DNA of 43,084 nucleotides from Arenimonas sp. (GTDB lineage: Bacteria > Pseudomonadota > Gammaproteobacteria > Xanthomonadales > Xanthomonadaceae). Positions 17,590 through 25,579 of the stretch are shown here, in pieces. Both the position numbers and the translations under genes were made by a program. The notes beneath the pieces are model-generated. The model ran no database searches and had not been told where the DNA came from. It was given only the letters and a program-made list of their open reading frames with translations. The stretch spans positions 1 through 43,084 of the forward strand of contig JBAZBG010000001.1 in assembly GCA_041671585.1 (NCBI GenBank), in the 5' to 3' direction. Position 1 is the first letter of the stretch; every line of letters begins with the position of its first letter.

Positions 17590-17792
17590 ACTGTTTTCGC
17601 CCGGCGCACAAGCCAACGTCACCGAGAGCTCACTCTCTCCGGGAGGGCAGAGAGCACTTCGGACGCCGGGCGAAATTGTGAAAGACGCAGCGTCCGCAGT
17701 CTTGGGCTTGGGGGACAAGCCGACTGCGGGCGCATCTTCTCCGAAGGATGCGACTACGGAGAGAGGTGAAGATTTGCGAGAGGATGCGCAGA

Positions 17793-17978
17793 TCATGCCG
17801 CAATCCGCATTTCTACGGGAGATTGTCTCACGACGGGACATGACGCATCGCAGGAACGAATCTGATCGATGCAACCAGAAATGTACTTGCCAACCGCTCG
17901 CATATGCAGAGAATGAAACCCTACCTTGTGCGGCAGGGGGGCAAGAAAATGAGCGAGATAATTCGCTTCGAAGATCAT
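17793..17978 (-). CDS. Hypothetical protein
   Basis: ATGA-coupled to cro. Confidence 0.4.
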   Translation of the reverse strand: MIFEANYLAHFLAPLPHKVGFHSLHMRAVGKYISGCIDQIRSCDASCPVVRQSPVEMRIAA

Positions 17979-18211
17979 GCGCGGGCCTCTGCAGGCTCGC
18001 GACGAGCGGCCAAAGATGTCAGCTTTTCAGCATCAAGCCCAGCACCGACGGCTTTCTCAGTTCCGAGAACGGCGGACCACCATTCGGCGGGGATATTGTT
18101 TCTCTGTCCCCACTTGGTCACGCGCGGAACGGTAGTCCCCACATCGGAAGCCATCGCCTCGCGCGAGGGCCAGAGTTCGATGATGGATCGGAATGAGGTT
18201 ATGTGCGTCAT
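17975..18211 (-). CDS. cro: Cro-like repressor (78 aa)
   Basis: SFRSIIELWPSREAMASDVG.....V.KWGQRNNIPAEWW; divergent from cI. Confidence 0.75.
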   Translation of the reverse strand: MTHITSFRSIIELWPSREAMASDVGTTVPRVTKWGQRNNIPAEWWSAVLGTEKAVGAGLDAEKLTSLAARREPAEARA

Positions 18212-18218
18212 GCCAGCC

Positions 18219-18295
18219 TTTATAGGACAATCGGTCCTTAAGCGCAAGGCCATTCTGTCCTTAGACGGCAAAAGGCTTTTAGGACATACTGTCCA
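18219..18295. promoter_or_regulatory. OR region: PR, PRM and three operators (AGGAC-N5-GTCCT)
   Basis: Operators 18224-38, 18247-61, 18281-95; PR (-) TTGCGC-17-TATAAA; PRM (+) TAGACG-17-CATACT. Confidence 0.8.
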
Positions 18296-18296
18296 G

Positions 18297-18611
18297 ATGG
18301 CCGAATCCGACATAGAAGCTGAACACAAACAGGGGTTTATGGACCGTGTGAAAGAGGCGCGGATGGCCCGCGCTTTGAAGCAATGGGAGCTGGCCGACGC
18401 GCTCGGAATTCCCCAAGATCGGTACAAGCAATACGAGACGCGGAGCTACCTGCCGCCACACCTTTATGCCCGGTTTTGCCTGATTTGCCGGGTCGATCCC
18501 GAATGGCTTGTGACCGGCAACGGTAAGATGGCTCCCAAAGAGCGCCCGGAGCCCACCGGGGAGCCAGCACCTGGCCCAGCGCGCAAAGCCCGCCGGAAGT
18601 CAGCCGCCTAG
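18297..18611 (+). CDS. cI: CI-like XRE HTH repressor (104 aa, no S24 peptidase domain)
   Basis: RVKEAR....LKQWELADALGI....YKQYE...C.V.PEWLVTG; between OR and OL. Confidence 0.8.
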   Translation: MAESDIEAEHKQGFMDRVKEARMARALKQWELADALGIPQDRYKQYETRSYLPPHLYARFCLICRVDPEWLVTGNGKMAPKERPEPTGEPAPGPARKARRKSAA

Positions 18612-18656
18612 CCACGGCCCGCCGCAAGCCCGTTAATCATTGGTCTATCGCGATCC

Positions 18657-18684
18657 GCCCGGCTGTCCCCACGGCCGGGCTTTT
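18657..18684 (+). terminator. Intrinsic terminator after cI
   Basis: GCCCGGC..GCCGGGC-TTTT. Confidence 0.7.
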
Positions 18685-18710
18685 GCTGTCCTGAAATTAT
18701 TTTTGGGCTA

Positions 18711-18753
18711 AGGACAAATAGTCCTTGACGGCAAGGACGGATTGTCCTAGAAC
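18711..18753 (+). promoter_or_regulatory. OL operators and PL promoter
   Basis: AGGACAAATAGTCCT 18711-25, AGGACGGATTGTCCT 18734-48; TTGACG-17-TAGAAC. Confidence 0.8.
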
Positions 18754-18777
18754 TTGCTCATCAGAACGGAGCAAGCC

Positions 18778-19275
18778 ATGCGGACCAATTACGAAGCCAA
18801 GTACATCCCGGAGCCGAACAGCGGCTGCTGGCTGTGGCTTGGTCAAGTCAATCAGCACGGCTACGGACGAACTCGACTCGCCAGCGGAAGATCGCAAGTG
18901 GCACACCGCGCCGTCTACGAGGCTTACCACAACATTGTTGTCCCGGCAGATTTGGAGTTGGACCATCTTTGCTACGTCCGCTGTTGCGTGAACCCCGACC
19001 ATCTCGAACCAGTAACGCGAAGCGTGAATGTGCGCCGCGCCATCCGCCACAATCGCGGAAGGAATATTTCTGAAGCTGATAGCAGATGTCCGAACGGTCA
19101 CAGCATGGTTGGCGACAACATTTGCGTCCGTAAGCAGGGCAAAACTATCAGCATCATTTGCCGGACTTGTGCTCGTGCCGCACGCCTGCGTTGGCGGAAT
19201 AGCCCGAAGGGGCGGTTATTGCAGAGTGAGTGTGACGCGCGCTACCTCGCAAATCGAAAGCGCAAGACCGCCTAG
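18778..19275 (+). CDS. HNH homing endonuclease with C-terminal Zn motif
   Basis: GCWLW.G....GYG, AHR.VY, LDHLC..RCCVNPDHLEPVT...N, CPNGH...CRTC. Confidence 0.85.
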   Translation: MRTNYEAKYIPEPNSGCWLWLGQVNQHGYGRTRLASGRSQVAHRAVYEAYHNIVVPADLELDHLCYVRCCVNPDHLEPVTRSVNVRRAIRHNRGRNISEADSRCPNGHSMVGDNICVRKQGKTISIICRTCARAARLRWRNSPKGRLLQSECDARYLANRKRKTA

Positions 19276-19310
19276 CCCACCACACAGCATCCAACACGGG
19301 GGAATGAAGA

Positions 19311-19547
19311 ATGACGGATCAAGGAAACAGCGCAGGCTCTCAGGCTGCGAGCGGTCACCCCGCAGCAGATGTGAGGTTCGAGCGGCTTCTTTCATTCCGT
19401 CCGCTGCTCACAGCCCCAATGCACGGGAAAGAGCCGTGCATCCGAGACATGATCCATTTTTACTATTCTCTCGGCGCCTTTGACGAGATGAAAAGTGACG
19501 CTCTTACGAAGGAATATATCGCGAAGCTTTATGAAGCCAATCTGTAG
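19311..19547 (+). CDS. Hypothetical protein
   Basis: RBS, operon position. Confidence 0.5.
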   Translation: MTDQGNSAGSQAASGHPAADVRFERLLSFRPLLTAPMHGKEPCIRDMIHFYYSLGAFDEMKSDALTKEYIAKLYEANL

Positions 19548-19556
19548 GAGAGAAGA

Positions 19557-19847
19557 ATGCAGATGTATCTCGTGCTGATCGACTACGGACGCGGGCGCGG
19601 CATGGAAGCCATCGTCCACCCGGAAGATACCCGCCGGCAGATCGTCGAACAGGTCCGCGACGTTCTGGCATCGGATGACCTCTCGCTGGTTCACGTCAAA
19701 GAGATCGATGGCAACTACATCTTCGACGTTACGGAAGAGATCGTTGACGAAGCCAACGCCGACAATCCGTCTTTGCCGCCCTCCCCTACTGAACGCCAAG
19801 CATGGGCCTTCGATCACAGGCGCGATCTCGAAAAGCATGGGGTGTGA
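19557..19847 (+). CDS. Hypothetical protein
   Basis: AGGAG RBS, 96 aa. Confidence 0.6.
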   Translation: MQMYLVLIDYGRGRGMEAIVHPEDTRRQIVEQVRDVLASDDLSLVHVKEIDGNYIFDVTEEIVDEANADNPSLPPSPTERQAWAFDHRRDLEKHGV

Positions 19848-20035
19848 TGATGGGCGTCTATGTCCTCCCAACTCGCGAGCAGGCTTTGGCGAATTTCTAC
19901 AGCGCAGAGCGTAGGGCTGGAGCAACACCGATCGAAGCCAATGAGCGGATGGGAGAGTTTGCGAAGCGGCTGGACGATCTGGAATTTGAGCGCGATCTGG
20001 AAGTCATCAAACGAGTATTGGAGCGCACTTCATGA
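19847..20035 (+). CDS. Hypothetical protein
   Basis: TGATG coupled, 62 aa. Confidence 0.55.
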   Translation: MMGVYVLPTREQALANFYSAERRAGATPIEANERMGEFAKRLDDLEFERDLEVIKRVLERTS

Positions 20036-20760
20036 GCACCGCAAAGCAATTGGAAAAGATCAGCGTCATTCCGCAGGACGAGCCGAGCGCGCTTGTTCCG
20101 GTCACACCGATGGACATGCTCAACCGGGCTGTATCGTCCGGCGCCAGCCTCGAAATGGTCGAGAAGCTGATGACGTTGCAGGAGCGGTGGGATGCATCGC
20201 TGGCCCGCAAACAGTTTGACGCCGCTGTGTCGGCTGCGAAGGCGGAAATTCCGGCTATCACGCGCAACGCTACCGGGCACAATAGCAAGCGCTACGCCGA
20301 CTTCGCGGCAATCGCCAAGGTGGTTGACCCGATCATCGGCAAGCATGGCTTGTCCTATCGTTTCCGCACCACGCAAAACGGCACCATCGCTGTAACCTGC
20401 ATCCTATCACATAAGGCCGGTCACAGCGAAGAAACAACGCTTTGCGGCCCCGCTGACAAGAGCGGCAACAAGAACGACATCCAGGCTATCGGATCAACGC
20501 TGACCTACCTGCAACGCTATTCGCTGGTGCAGATGCTTGGCCTCGCGGCGGCGGCAGATGACGACGGCAAGGCGGCTGCTAACGTCGCGGCCATCACTCA
20601 AAAGCAAGCTGACGACCTTCGGGATATTATCGACGCCAAGGGCAAGGACCGTAAGGCGTTTCTGAAATGGGCAAAGGTCGATCGGATCGAGGATATCCCA
20701 GCCGATTGTTACGAGGCTTGCGTCAACGCCGCGAACTATGAACCTCCGAAAAAGGCGTGA
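20032..20760 (+). CDS. erf: ERF-family ssDNA annealing protein
   Basis: YADF..I......KHGLSY, H..GH.E, QAIGS.LTY.QRYSL...LGL....DDDG. Confidence 0.88.
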   Translation: MSTAKQLEKISVIPQDEPSALVPVTPMDMLNRAVSSGASLEMVEKLMTLQERWDASLARKQFDAAVSAAKAEIPAITRNATGHNSKRYADFAAIAKVVDPIIGKHGLSYRFRTTQNGTIAVTCILSHKAGHSEETTLCGPADKSGNKNDIQAIGSTLTYLQRYSLVQMLGLAAAADDDGKAAANVAAITQKQADDLRDIIDAKGKDRKAFLKWAKVDRIEDIPADCYEACVNAANYEPPKKA

Positions 20761-20763
20761 ACC

Positions 20764-21384
20764 ATGCAGATCATTGAATGCGAACAAAACTCGCCAGAAT
20801 GGTTTGCTGCTAGGATGGGCATTCCGACCGCGAGTGAATTTCACACCGTTATGGCCGTTGGCCCGAAGGGCGGCAAGAGCGTAGGACGCGTTGACTACCT
20901 CAACAAGCTGGCAGGCGAAATACTGACCGGAGAACCGATGACATCTTACGTCAGCTCCGACATGGAGCGCGGCAAGGTCATGGAGGACGAGGCGCGCGAT
21001 CTGTACGCCTTCCAGACCGGCGCCGAGCTGCAGCGCGTCGGGTTCATTCGCAACGGCGACAAGGGCGCGAGCCCGGATAGTTTGATCGCAGCCAATGGCG
21101 GCTTGGAGATCAAGTCAGCCGCCGCGCATGTCCAGATCAAGCGGTTGCTTGCCGACGAACTACCGTCCGAGCACAAGGCCCAGGTTCACGGCTCGATATG
21201 GGTTTGCGAGCGCGAATGGTGGGATTTCACCAGCTATTGCCCCAAGCTCCCGCTGTTCGTCAAACGCGTATACCGGGACGAGGCATACATCAAGTCGATG
21301 GCTCTAGCCGTCGAATTGTTCAACGTCGAACTGCAACAGACCGTTGAATACATCCGGCGCTATGGCAGGCAGGAGGCAGCATGA
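20764..21384 (+). CDS. YqaJ/lambda-exonuclease family recombination nuclease
   Basis: QNSPEW..AR.GIPTAS, ASPD, LEIK, Q..G..WV. Confidence 0.9.
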   Translation: MQIIECEQNSPEWFAARMGIPTASEFHTVMAVGPKGGKSVGRVDYLNKLAGEILTGEPMTSYVSSDMERGKVMEDEARDLYAFQTGAELQRVGFIRNGDKGASPDSLIAANGGLEIKSAAAHVQIKRLLADELPSEHKAQVHGSIWVCEREWWDFTSYCPKLPLFVKRVYRDEAYIKSMALAVELFNVELQQTVEYIRRYGRQEAA

Positions 21385-21776
21385 GCCAAGCCCAGATCAC
21401 GCTTTGCGGACGAGCCGACCGTGAACGCGCGGTCAATTGGATTGAGAGGATGAAGCCGGGAACGCGGGTTATTTTCAAAGACCCGAAGCGGACGCTCCCA
21501 CAAAATGAAAAAATGTGGGTGGCCCTGACGGAGATCGCAACGCAGATCGACTGGCACGGGCAGAAGTTGACACCCGACGATTGGAAAATCCTGTTCATGG
21601 ATGCACTCACCCGAGAAATGCGGATGGTGCCAAGCCTCGACGGGACCGGGGTTGTGAACTTGGGCCGCTCATCTTCGAATCTTTCAAAATCGGAGTTCTC
21701 GGATTTACTTGAGCTAATCCATCAATTCGGTGCCAACCACGGCGTTACGTTCCACGAACCGGAGCAAGTCGCATGA
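21381..21776 (+). CDS. ninB: NinB/Orf-family recombination protein
   Basis: RTLPQN.KMW..L.EIA.Q..WHG, W..LF, G.SSS.LS..EFS.L.E.I..FGA.HGV. Confidence 0.85.
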   Translation: MSQAQITLCGRADRERAVNWIERMKPGTRVIFKDPKRTLPQNEKMWVALTEIATQIDWHGQKLTPDDWKILFMDALTREMRMVPSLDGTGVVNLGRSSSNLSKSEFSDLLELIHQFGANHGVTFHEPEQVA

Positions 21777-21910
21777 GCCTTAACGCAATCGTCGCAATGG
21801 TGGCTATCAGCGGGTTCATTGGATTTGCGCTCGGATTTTGGATTGCATCGATCGAAGCTGAAAGCGCTTCGCATGGCGAGCCGATGGAAAGCGACGGGTG
21901 GCTGAAATGA
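21773..21910 (+). CDS. Small membrane protein (45 aa)
   Basis: ATGA overlaps at both ends; hydrophobic N-terminal half. Confidence 0.55.
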   Translation: MSLNAIVAMVAISGFIGFALGFWIASIEAESASHGEPMESDGWLK

Positions 21911-22290
21911 ACTTACGAGGTCAGCAGCGTCGTGAGTTTCCGCAGTCTGTCCGCAAGCTGGCTTTTGCCCGTTGCTGCAAGAACGGAACCATGCCTGGCA
22001 TTCCTCAATGCGAGAACTGCGGGAACGTGCTGCGGGCCGCAAATATCGAATACGAACATCTTAATGCTGACGGCCTTGGCGGCGAGCCGACATTAGAAAA
22101 CTGCGGGGTGTGGTGCCGTGCACCGTGTTCGAAGCAAAAGACCTTCACGGAGGACAATCCTCGCATGGCGAAAGCTGACCGCGTTCTGAAGAAGAATTTC
22201 GGGCTGAAACCCAAAGGCAGACCGATGCCTGGATCAAGGGCAAGCGGGCTGAAGAAGCTGATGAACGGACAGGTAGTCCAGCGTTCTTGA
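21907..22290 (+). CDS. HNH endonuclease (nin-region type)
   Basis: CENCG, EYEH...GLGG..TLENC..WC..PC...KT..D. Confidence 0.75.
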   Translation: MNLRGQQRREFPQSVRKLAFARCCKNGTMPGIPQCENCGNVLRAANIEYEHLNADGLGGEPTLENCGVWCRAPCSKQKTFTEDNPRMAKADRVLKKNFGLKPKGRPMPGSRASGLKKLMNGQVVQRS

Positions 22291-22304
22291 AGGGATAGTT
22301 CTGA

Positions 22305-22398
22305 CGCCCTCGAACGGAACGATGGAGGGGCGAAGGGTGTGCAGGGACCATCGTAGAGTTCAACCCGCTGCACATCCGCGATGAGGCAACCTCACCGC
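22305..22398 (+). ncRNA. Candidate structured RNA with loop-loop pairing
   Basis: Intergenic; three hairpins, loops 1 and 2 complementary (see findings). Confidence 0.45.
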
Positions 22399-22418
22399 AA
22401 GAAACAAGGATAGGAAAA

Positions 22419-22637
22419 ATGGCTGAATTTACCCAATACCGCCGCACTCAAATTGCCGAGATGACCCCGTGGTCGCCGGACTCCGATTTGGATCTGACCA
22501 TTGTCAGCGTTTCAAAGCCTGACTTGGAAGCGGGTTCTCCGAAGGCGGGTGACATGATCGCGCGCAACCCGAAGAACCACGCCGATATGTGGCTGGTGGC
22601 CGCCCAGTATTTCGCCGACAATTTCGGGCCGGTCTGA
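22419..22637 (+). CDS. Conserved small phage protein
   Basis: GSPK.GDMIARNPKNH.D.WLVAA.YF.DNF motif; AGGA RBS. Confidence 0.7.
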   Translation: MAEFTQYRRTQIAEMTPWSPDSDLDLTIVSVSKPDLEAGSPKAGDMIARNPKNHADMWLVAAQYFADNFGPV

Positions 22638-22918
22638 TGTCTCAGTCTCACTCCCAGTCAGTCATCGAAACACTCACCGATCGGTTACGGATCGGCTCCT
22701 GCCGCTTTGCACATGAGACGCAAGACGACGCTGCCATTCGCAGGATCAAGACCGACTTGGAAGCCGCCGACCGTATCGAGAATTTGGAAGGCGCGCTGCG
22801 AGACGCCCTCTGTGAGATGTCCGCTCTCGCTCTACAAGTCGGCGTTCGTCCTGGCGGCAGCGTGAATAGAGCGCAAATCCGAGCCCGCGCCGCCCTCAAC
22901 CTCCAGGCCACGTCATGA
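22637..22918 (+). CDS. Hypothetical protein
   Basis: TGATG coupled; EAADRIE.LE motif. Confidence 0.55.
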   Translation: MSQSHSQSVIETLTDRLRIGSCRFAHETQDDAAIRRIKTDLEAADRIENLEGALRDALCEMSALALQVGVRPGGSVNRAQIRARAALNLQATS

Positions 22919-23097
22919 CCACTCCCAAGACAGGAAACGAGGTTGGCAACATGACCGAGAAGGAAATTCCCGGCGTGGCCGAATATTACGAGGGCCGTCT
23001 GCGAAAAGTCATGGACGCAAGCCGCACAGGATGGTGGCGGTTCAACGAACATTATGACCGCAACGGCTACTGCGACAATCCAGCGAGAGGCTACTGA
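22915..23097 (+). CDS. Hypothetical protein
   Basis: ATGA coupled; HYDR.GYCDNP.RGY. Confidence 0.55.
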   Translation: MTTPKTGNEVGNMTEKEIPGVAEYYEGRLRKVMDASRTGWWRFNEHYDRNGYCDNPARGY

Positions 23098-23098
23098 C

Positions 23099-23638
23099 AT
23101 GCCCGATGCCAAGACAGATGCGCGAGAGACGCTGATCCACACAATTTGCCCGCACATCAAACAATGGTGTGACGAAACCGACATGCCAACTATCTGCGAG
23201 AAATGTCCGGCCACGGTAAAAACTTCGCAGGGTGAAGGAGTGCAGATGTGCCGTCTTAACGCTGAGAAGGCAGCCGACGCCATCCTCGCAGCCCAGAGGT
23301 ATGACGTGCAGACCGGGTACGCCGTTGGCCTGTCAGAGGCTCTCTCAAAAGGATTTATGACGGCCCGCGCCTATGTTGATTATCAGATTATAATCAGTTT
23401 CGATGCTCTAGAAGATATGCAGGCGGCTCACACCCTCCTTTGCACGCTCTCATCGGCTGACCGATCAAGACCCAAAGTAATCGGGCGCGTGACAGGAAAA
23501 GAATACGACGGCGATCAGGTGGCTGGGATGCCCGGCGCGATCTGCCATGCCTGCGGGTTGAAGGATTATCCGTGCGTCAATCCTGACTGCCCGAACCGTA
23601 CCACGCATTCCTCCACTCATCGCGGGGGACAATCATGA
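23099..23638 (+). CDS. Cys-rich mosaic hypothetical protein
   Basis: Two Cys clusters; GAGG RBS. Confidence 0.55.
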   Translation: MPDAKTDARETLIHTICPHIKQWCDETDMPTICEKCPATVKTSQGEGVQMCRLNAEKAADAILAAQRYDVQTGYAVGLSEALSKGFMTARAYVDYQIIISFDALEDMQAAHTLLCTLSSADRSRPKVIGRVTGKEYDGDQVAGMPGAICHACGLKDYPCVNPDCPNRTTHSSTHRGGQS

Positions 23639-23791
23639 CCGCCGTTCGCGCCGCTTCAACTCCCGTTCAACGGCTTCCCGGACGAACGCCGTCCGCTCCT
23701 CGCCCTCGGCCAGGACGGCATCGATCCGGGCAAACGTCCCGGCGGCGAACCTGGCCTGCATGTCCTCCGACCACTTTTTTATGCGTCCCAT
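23633..23791 (-). CDS. Ribbon-helix-helix DNA-binding protein (52 aa, not in ORF track)
   Basis: MGRIKKWSEDMQARFAAGTFARIDAVLAEGEERTAFVREAVERELKRRERRS. Confidence 0.7.
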   Translation of the reverse strand: MGRIKKWSEDMQARFAAGTFARIDAVLAEGEERTAFVREAVERELKRRERRS

Positions 23792-23800
23792 GCTCTTTTT

Positions 23801-23851
23801 CTCATATGAGGTATTGACGATATCTAATATCAGATATATAACTCATATCAG
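23801..23851. promoter_or_regulatory. Promoter with three operator boxes
   Basis: CTCATATGAG 23801, CTAATATCAG 23824, CTCATATCAG 23842; TTGACG (23814)-17-TATAAC (23837). Confidence 0.7.
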
Positions 23852-23876
23852 GAATTGGCGCAAGGGAGTTACGGCG

Positions 23877-24167
23877 ATGGCAAAGACCCTCTACTTCAAC
23901 GGACTGACCGAACTGAAGAGCGTCCACCACGACGGCCGCAAGCTGGTTGGTGAGCCGGTTGATTACACCCCGGTCTATATCCAGGGTGAAGGCTGGAAGC
24001 ACAACTATCTGCCCGCCAACCGCGTCATCAACTACAAGCCCAACCCATCTCGCCACGAATGCGACGCCCGCTGCATGAACGCCTCGGGCCGCACGATGAA
24101 CTGCGAATGTGCCTGCGGCGGCGTGAACCACGGCAAGGGCCGGTTTAGCTGTGAGGCCGCAGCATGA
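23877..24167 (+). CDS. Cys-rich putative Zn-binding protein
   Basis: CDARC..A.G...CECACGG.NHG; GGGAG RBS. Confidence 0.65.
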   Translation: MAKTLYFNGLTELKSVHHDGRKLVGEPVDYTPVYIQGEGWKHNYLPANRVINYKPNPSRHECDARCMNASGRTMNCECACGGVNHGKGRFSCEAAA

Positions 24168-24367
24168 GCCGGGATAGCTACGAGATCCGAGAGGGCGAGA
24201 AGCTTTGGCCGCTCGTCCAGATGGTCCGCAATACCCATTACGATGATCTGACGCCGGATCGCGTCCAGCAGCTTGTCGAAATGGTCGATGGCTGGCGGAT
24301 CACGGACGCCGAGGGCAAGCGCATAGATCGCGGCGCCTCGCGGCTCCTTTTGCAAGACCGGGGATGA
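24164..24367 (+). CDS. Hypothetical protein
   Basis: ATGA coupled. Confidence 0.55.
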   Translation: MSRDSYEIREGEKLWPLVQMVRNTHYDDLTPDRVQQLVEMVDGWRITDAEGKRIDRGASRLLLQDRG

Positions 24368-24522
24368 CAATGGACAAATGCAAGCGATGCCAGCGCGAAT
24401 ATCACGACGATGAAGACGATGACGGATTCGAGACGGGGCTTTGCTACCAGTGCTTCGAGGACTCCCTCGAAGAATACGAGGAACGGCGGCGAGAGCGTAT
24501 CGCCCGCGCAAACGAGTATTGA
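24364..24522 (+). CDS. Acidic CxxC...CxxC microprotein (52 aa, not in ORF track)
   Basis: CKRC..CYQC; ATGA coupled. Confidence 0.55.
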   Translation: MTMDKCKRCQREYHDDEDDDGFETGLCYQCFEDSLEEYEERRRERIARANEY

Positions 24523-24523
24523 G

Positions 24524-24697
24524 ATGAGCTACGACGATTGGAAAACGCATAATCCGGACGATGACCGATGCGAGTTTTGCGGTGCCTCGCCGTCAGAATG
24601 TCGCGGTGGCTGGCAACCGAACGCCTGCACCGGAGAATGCGGCAAGGGCTGGCGAGACCCGGACCACGAATACGAGAAAATGAGGGATGAGGCATGA
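24524..24697 (+). CDS. Cys-rich microprotein (57 aa)
   Basis: MSYDDWKT..CEFCG..C...DPD.EYE.MRD. Confidence 0.6.
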   Translation: MSYDDWKTHNPDDDRCEFCGASPSECRGGWQPNACTGECGKGWRDPDHEYEKMRDEA

Positions 24698-25002
24698 AGA
24701 TCGTCACCAACTATGTCTATCCGCCGATTCCTATTCGCCAGTTCGACTGGTCCGCAATCGACGATGACACCTATGACGGCGAAGGCTGCCTGATTGGATA
24801 TGGCGCAACCGAACAGGAAGCTATCGACGACCTGCTGGACAAAATGAACGACGACGGCCTGTCTGATGCCGAACAGAAGGCACAAGCGGCGCGATGCGGC
24901 TGCCGCGGCTCGGACGACTACTGCGCCTGCCAGAACGTACCGGACGCGACCACGAAGGCCGAGCGCCGCGCAGTTGCGCTTTCGTCGCGAGACTCACGAT
25001 GA
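24694..25002 (+). CDS. Hypothetical protein
   Basis: PPIPIRQFDWSA..YDG...G.GATEQEAI..L plus CGC.G.DDYC.CQN. Confidence 0.65.
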   Translation: MKIVTNYVYPPIPIRQFDWSAIDDDTYDGEGCLIGYGATEQEAIDDLLDKMNDDGLSDAEQKAQAARCGCRGSDDYCACQNVPDATTKAERRAVALSSRDSR

Positions 25003-25163
25003 CAAAACAGCGCAAGAAAACTGAGGTGTTCCTGTTCTTCCGCGAGGGCATGTTTTACCCCGTCGAGATTCCGCGCGACGAAGTGCTGGCCAACGTCGAA
25101 CTCAACCCCGGTACGCTTAAAGTCGAAGACATCCAAGGCAACATCGTTTGGAGGCCGCAATGA
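24999..25163 (+). CDS. Hypothetical protein
   Basis: ATGA coupled; NPGTLKVED..GN.VW. Confidence 0.6.
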   Translation: MTKQRKKTEVFLFFREGMFYPVEIPRDEVLANVELNPGTLKVEDIQGNIVWRPQ

Positions 25164-25579
25164 GCGAGCAAATGCAGAAACTTGTCATGGGCAGCATCGT
25201 TTGCATGGGGCCGAACGACGAAGAGGCTATTCCCTACGATGAGGCCGTAATCCATTTCGAGGGCGACGAGGACTCCGAGATCAGGATCAATTGCCCGGGC
25301 GCGCTTAGGCTGGCTCCGAAGATAGTCACTGCCGTCAACGAGCATGACGGCCTTGTGGCCCGGATGGTCGAAGCAACGCGCCTTATCGATGAGGGCAGCG
25401 ATAACATGGTCAAGCTGATGGCTGCGGAAGCCCAGCTAGCTAAGGCGATGGCCGTGGTCACCGAGATTGCCAATTTGCCGAATGGCCAAAGAAGCCACGG
25501 AGATATCGGCGTTCTGGCCGTCAACAAGACGAAGGCCCTCCTCGCTGATGTGGGAAATGTTGGGGAGACAAAGACATGA
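25160..25579 (+). CDS. Hypothetical protein
   Basis: GGAGG RBS; IV.AVN.H..LV motif. Confidence 0.6.
   Translation: MSEQMQKLVMGSIVCMGPNDEEAIPYDEAVIHFEGDEDSEIRINCPGALRLAPKIVTAVNEHDGLVARMVEATRLIDEGSDNMVKLMAAEAQLAKAMAVVTEIANLPNGQRSHGDIGVLAVNKTKALLADVGNVGETKT

Noticed and set aside
17186-18196. 336-aa + strand ORF across the cro-cII interval
   Set aside because: Composition is not protein-like and it overlaps cro and the structured RNA. Only the short stretch from ATG 17360 looks plausible, and it has no other support.
22301-22404. Hammerhead ribozyme (CTGA...GAAAC)
   Set aside because: The core reads CTGACGC rather than CTGANGA, and the stem geometry does not fit.
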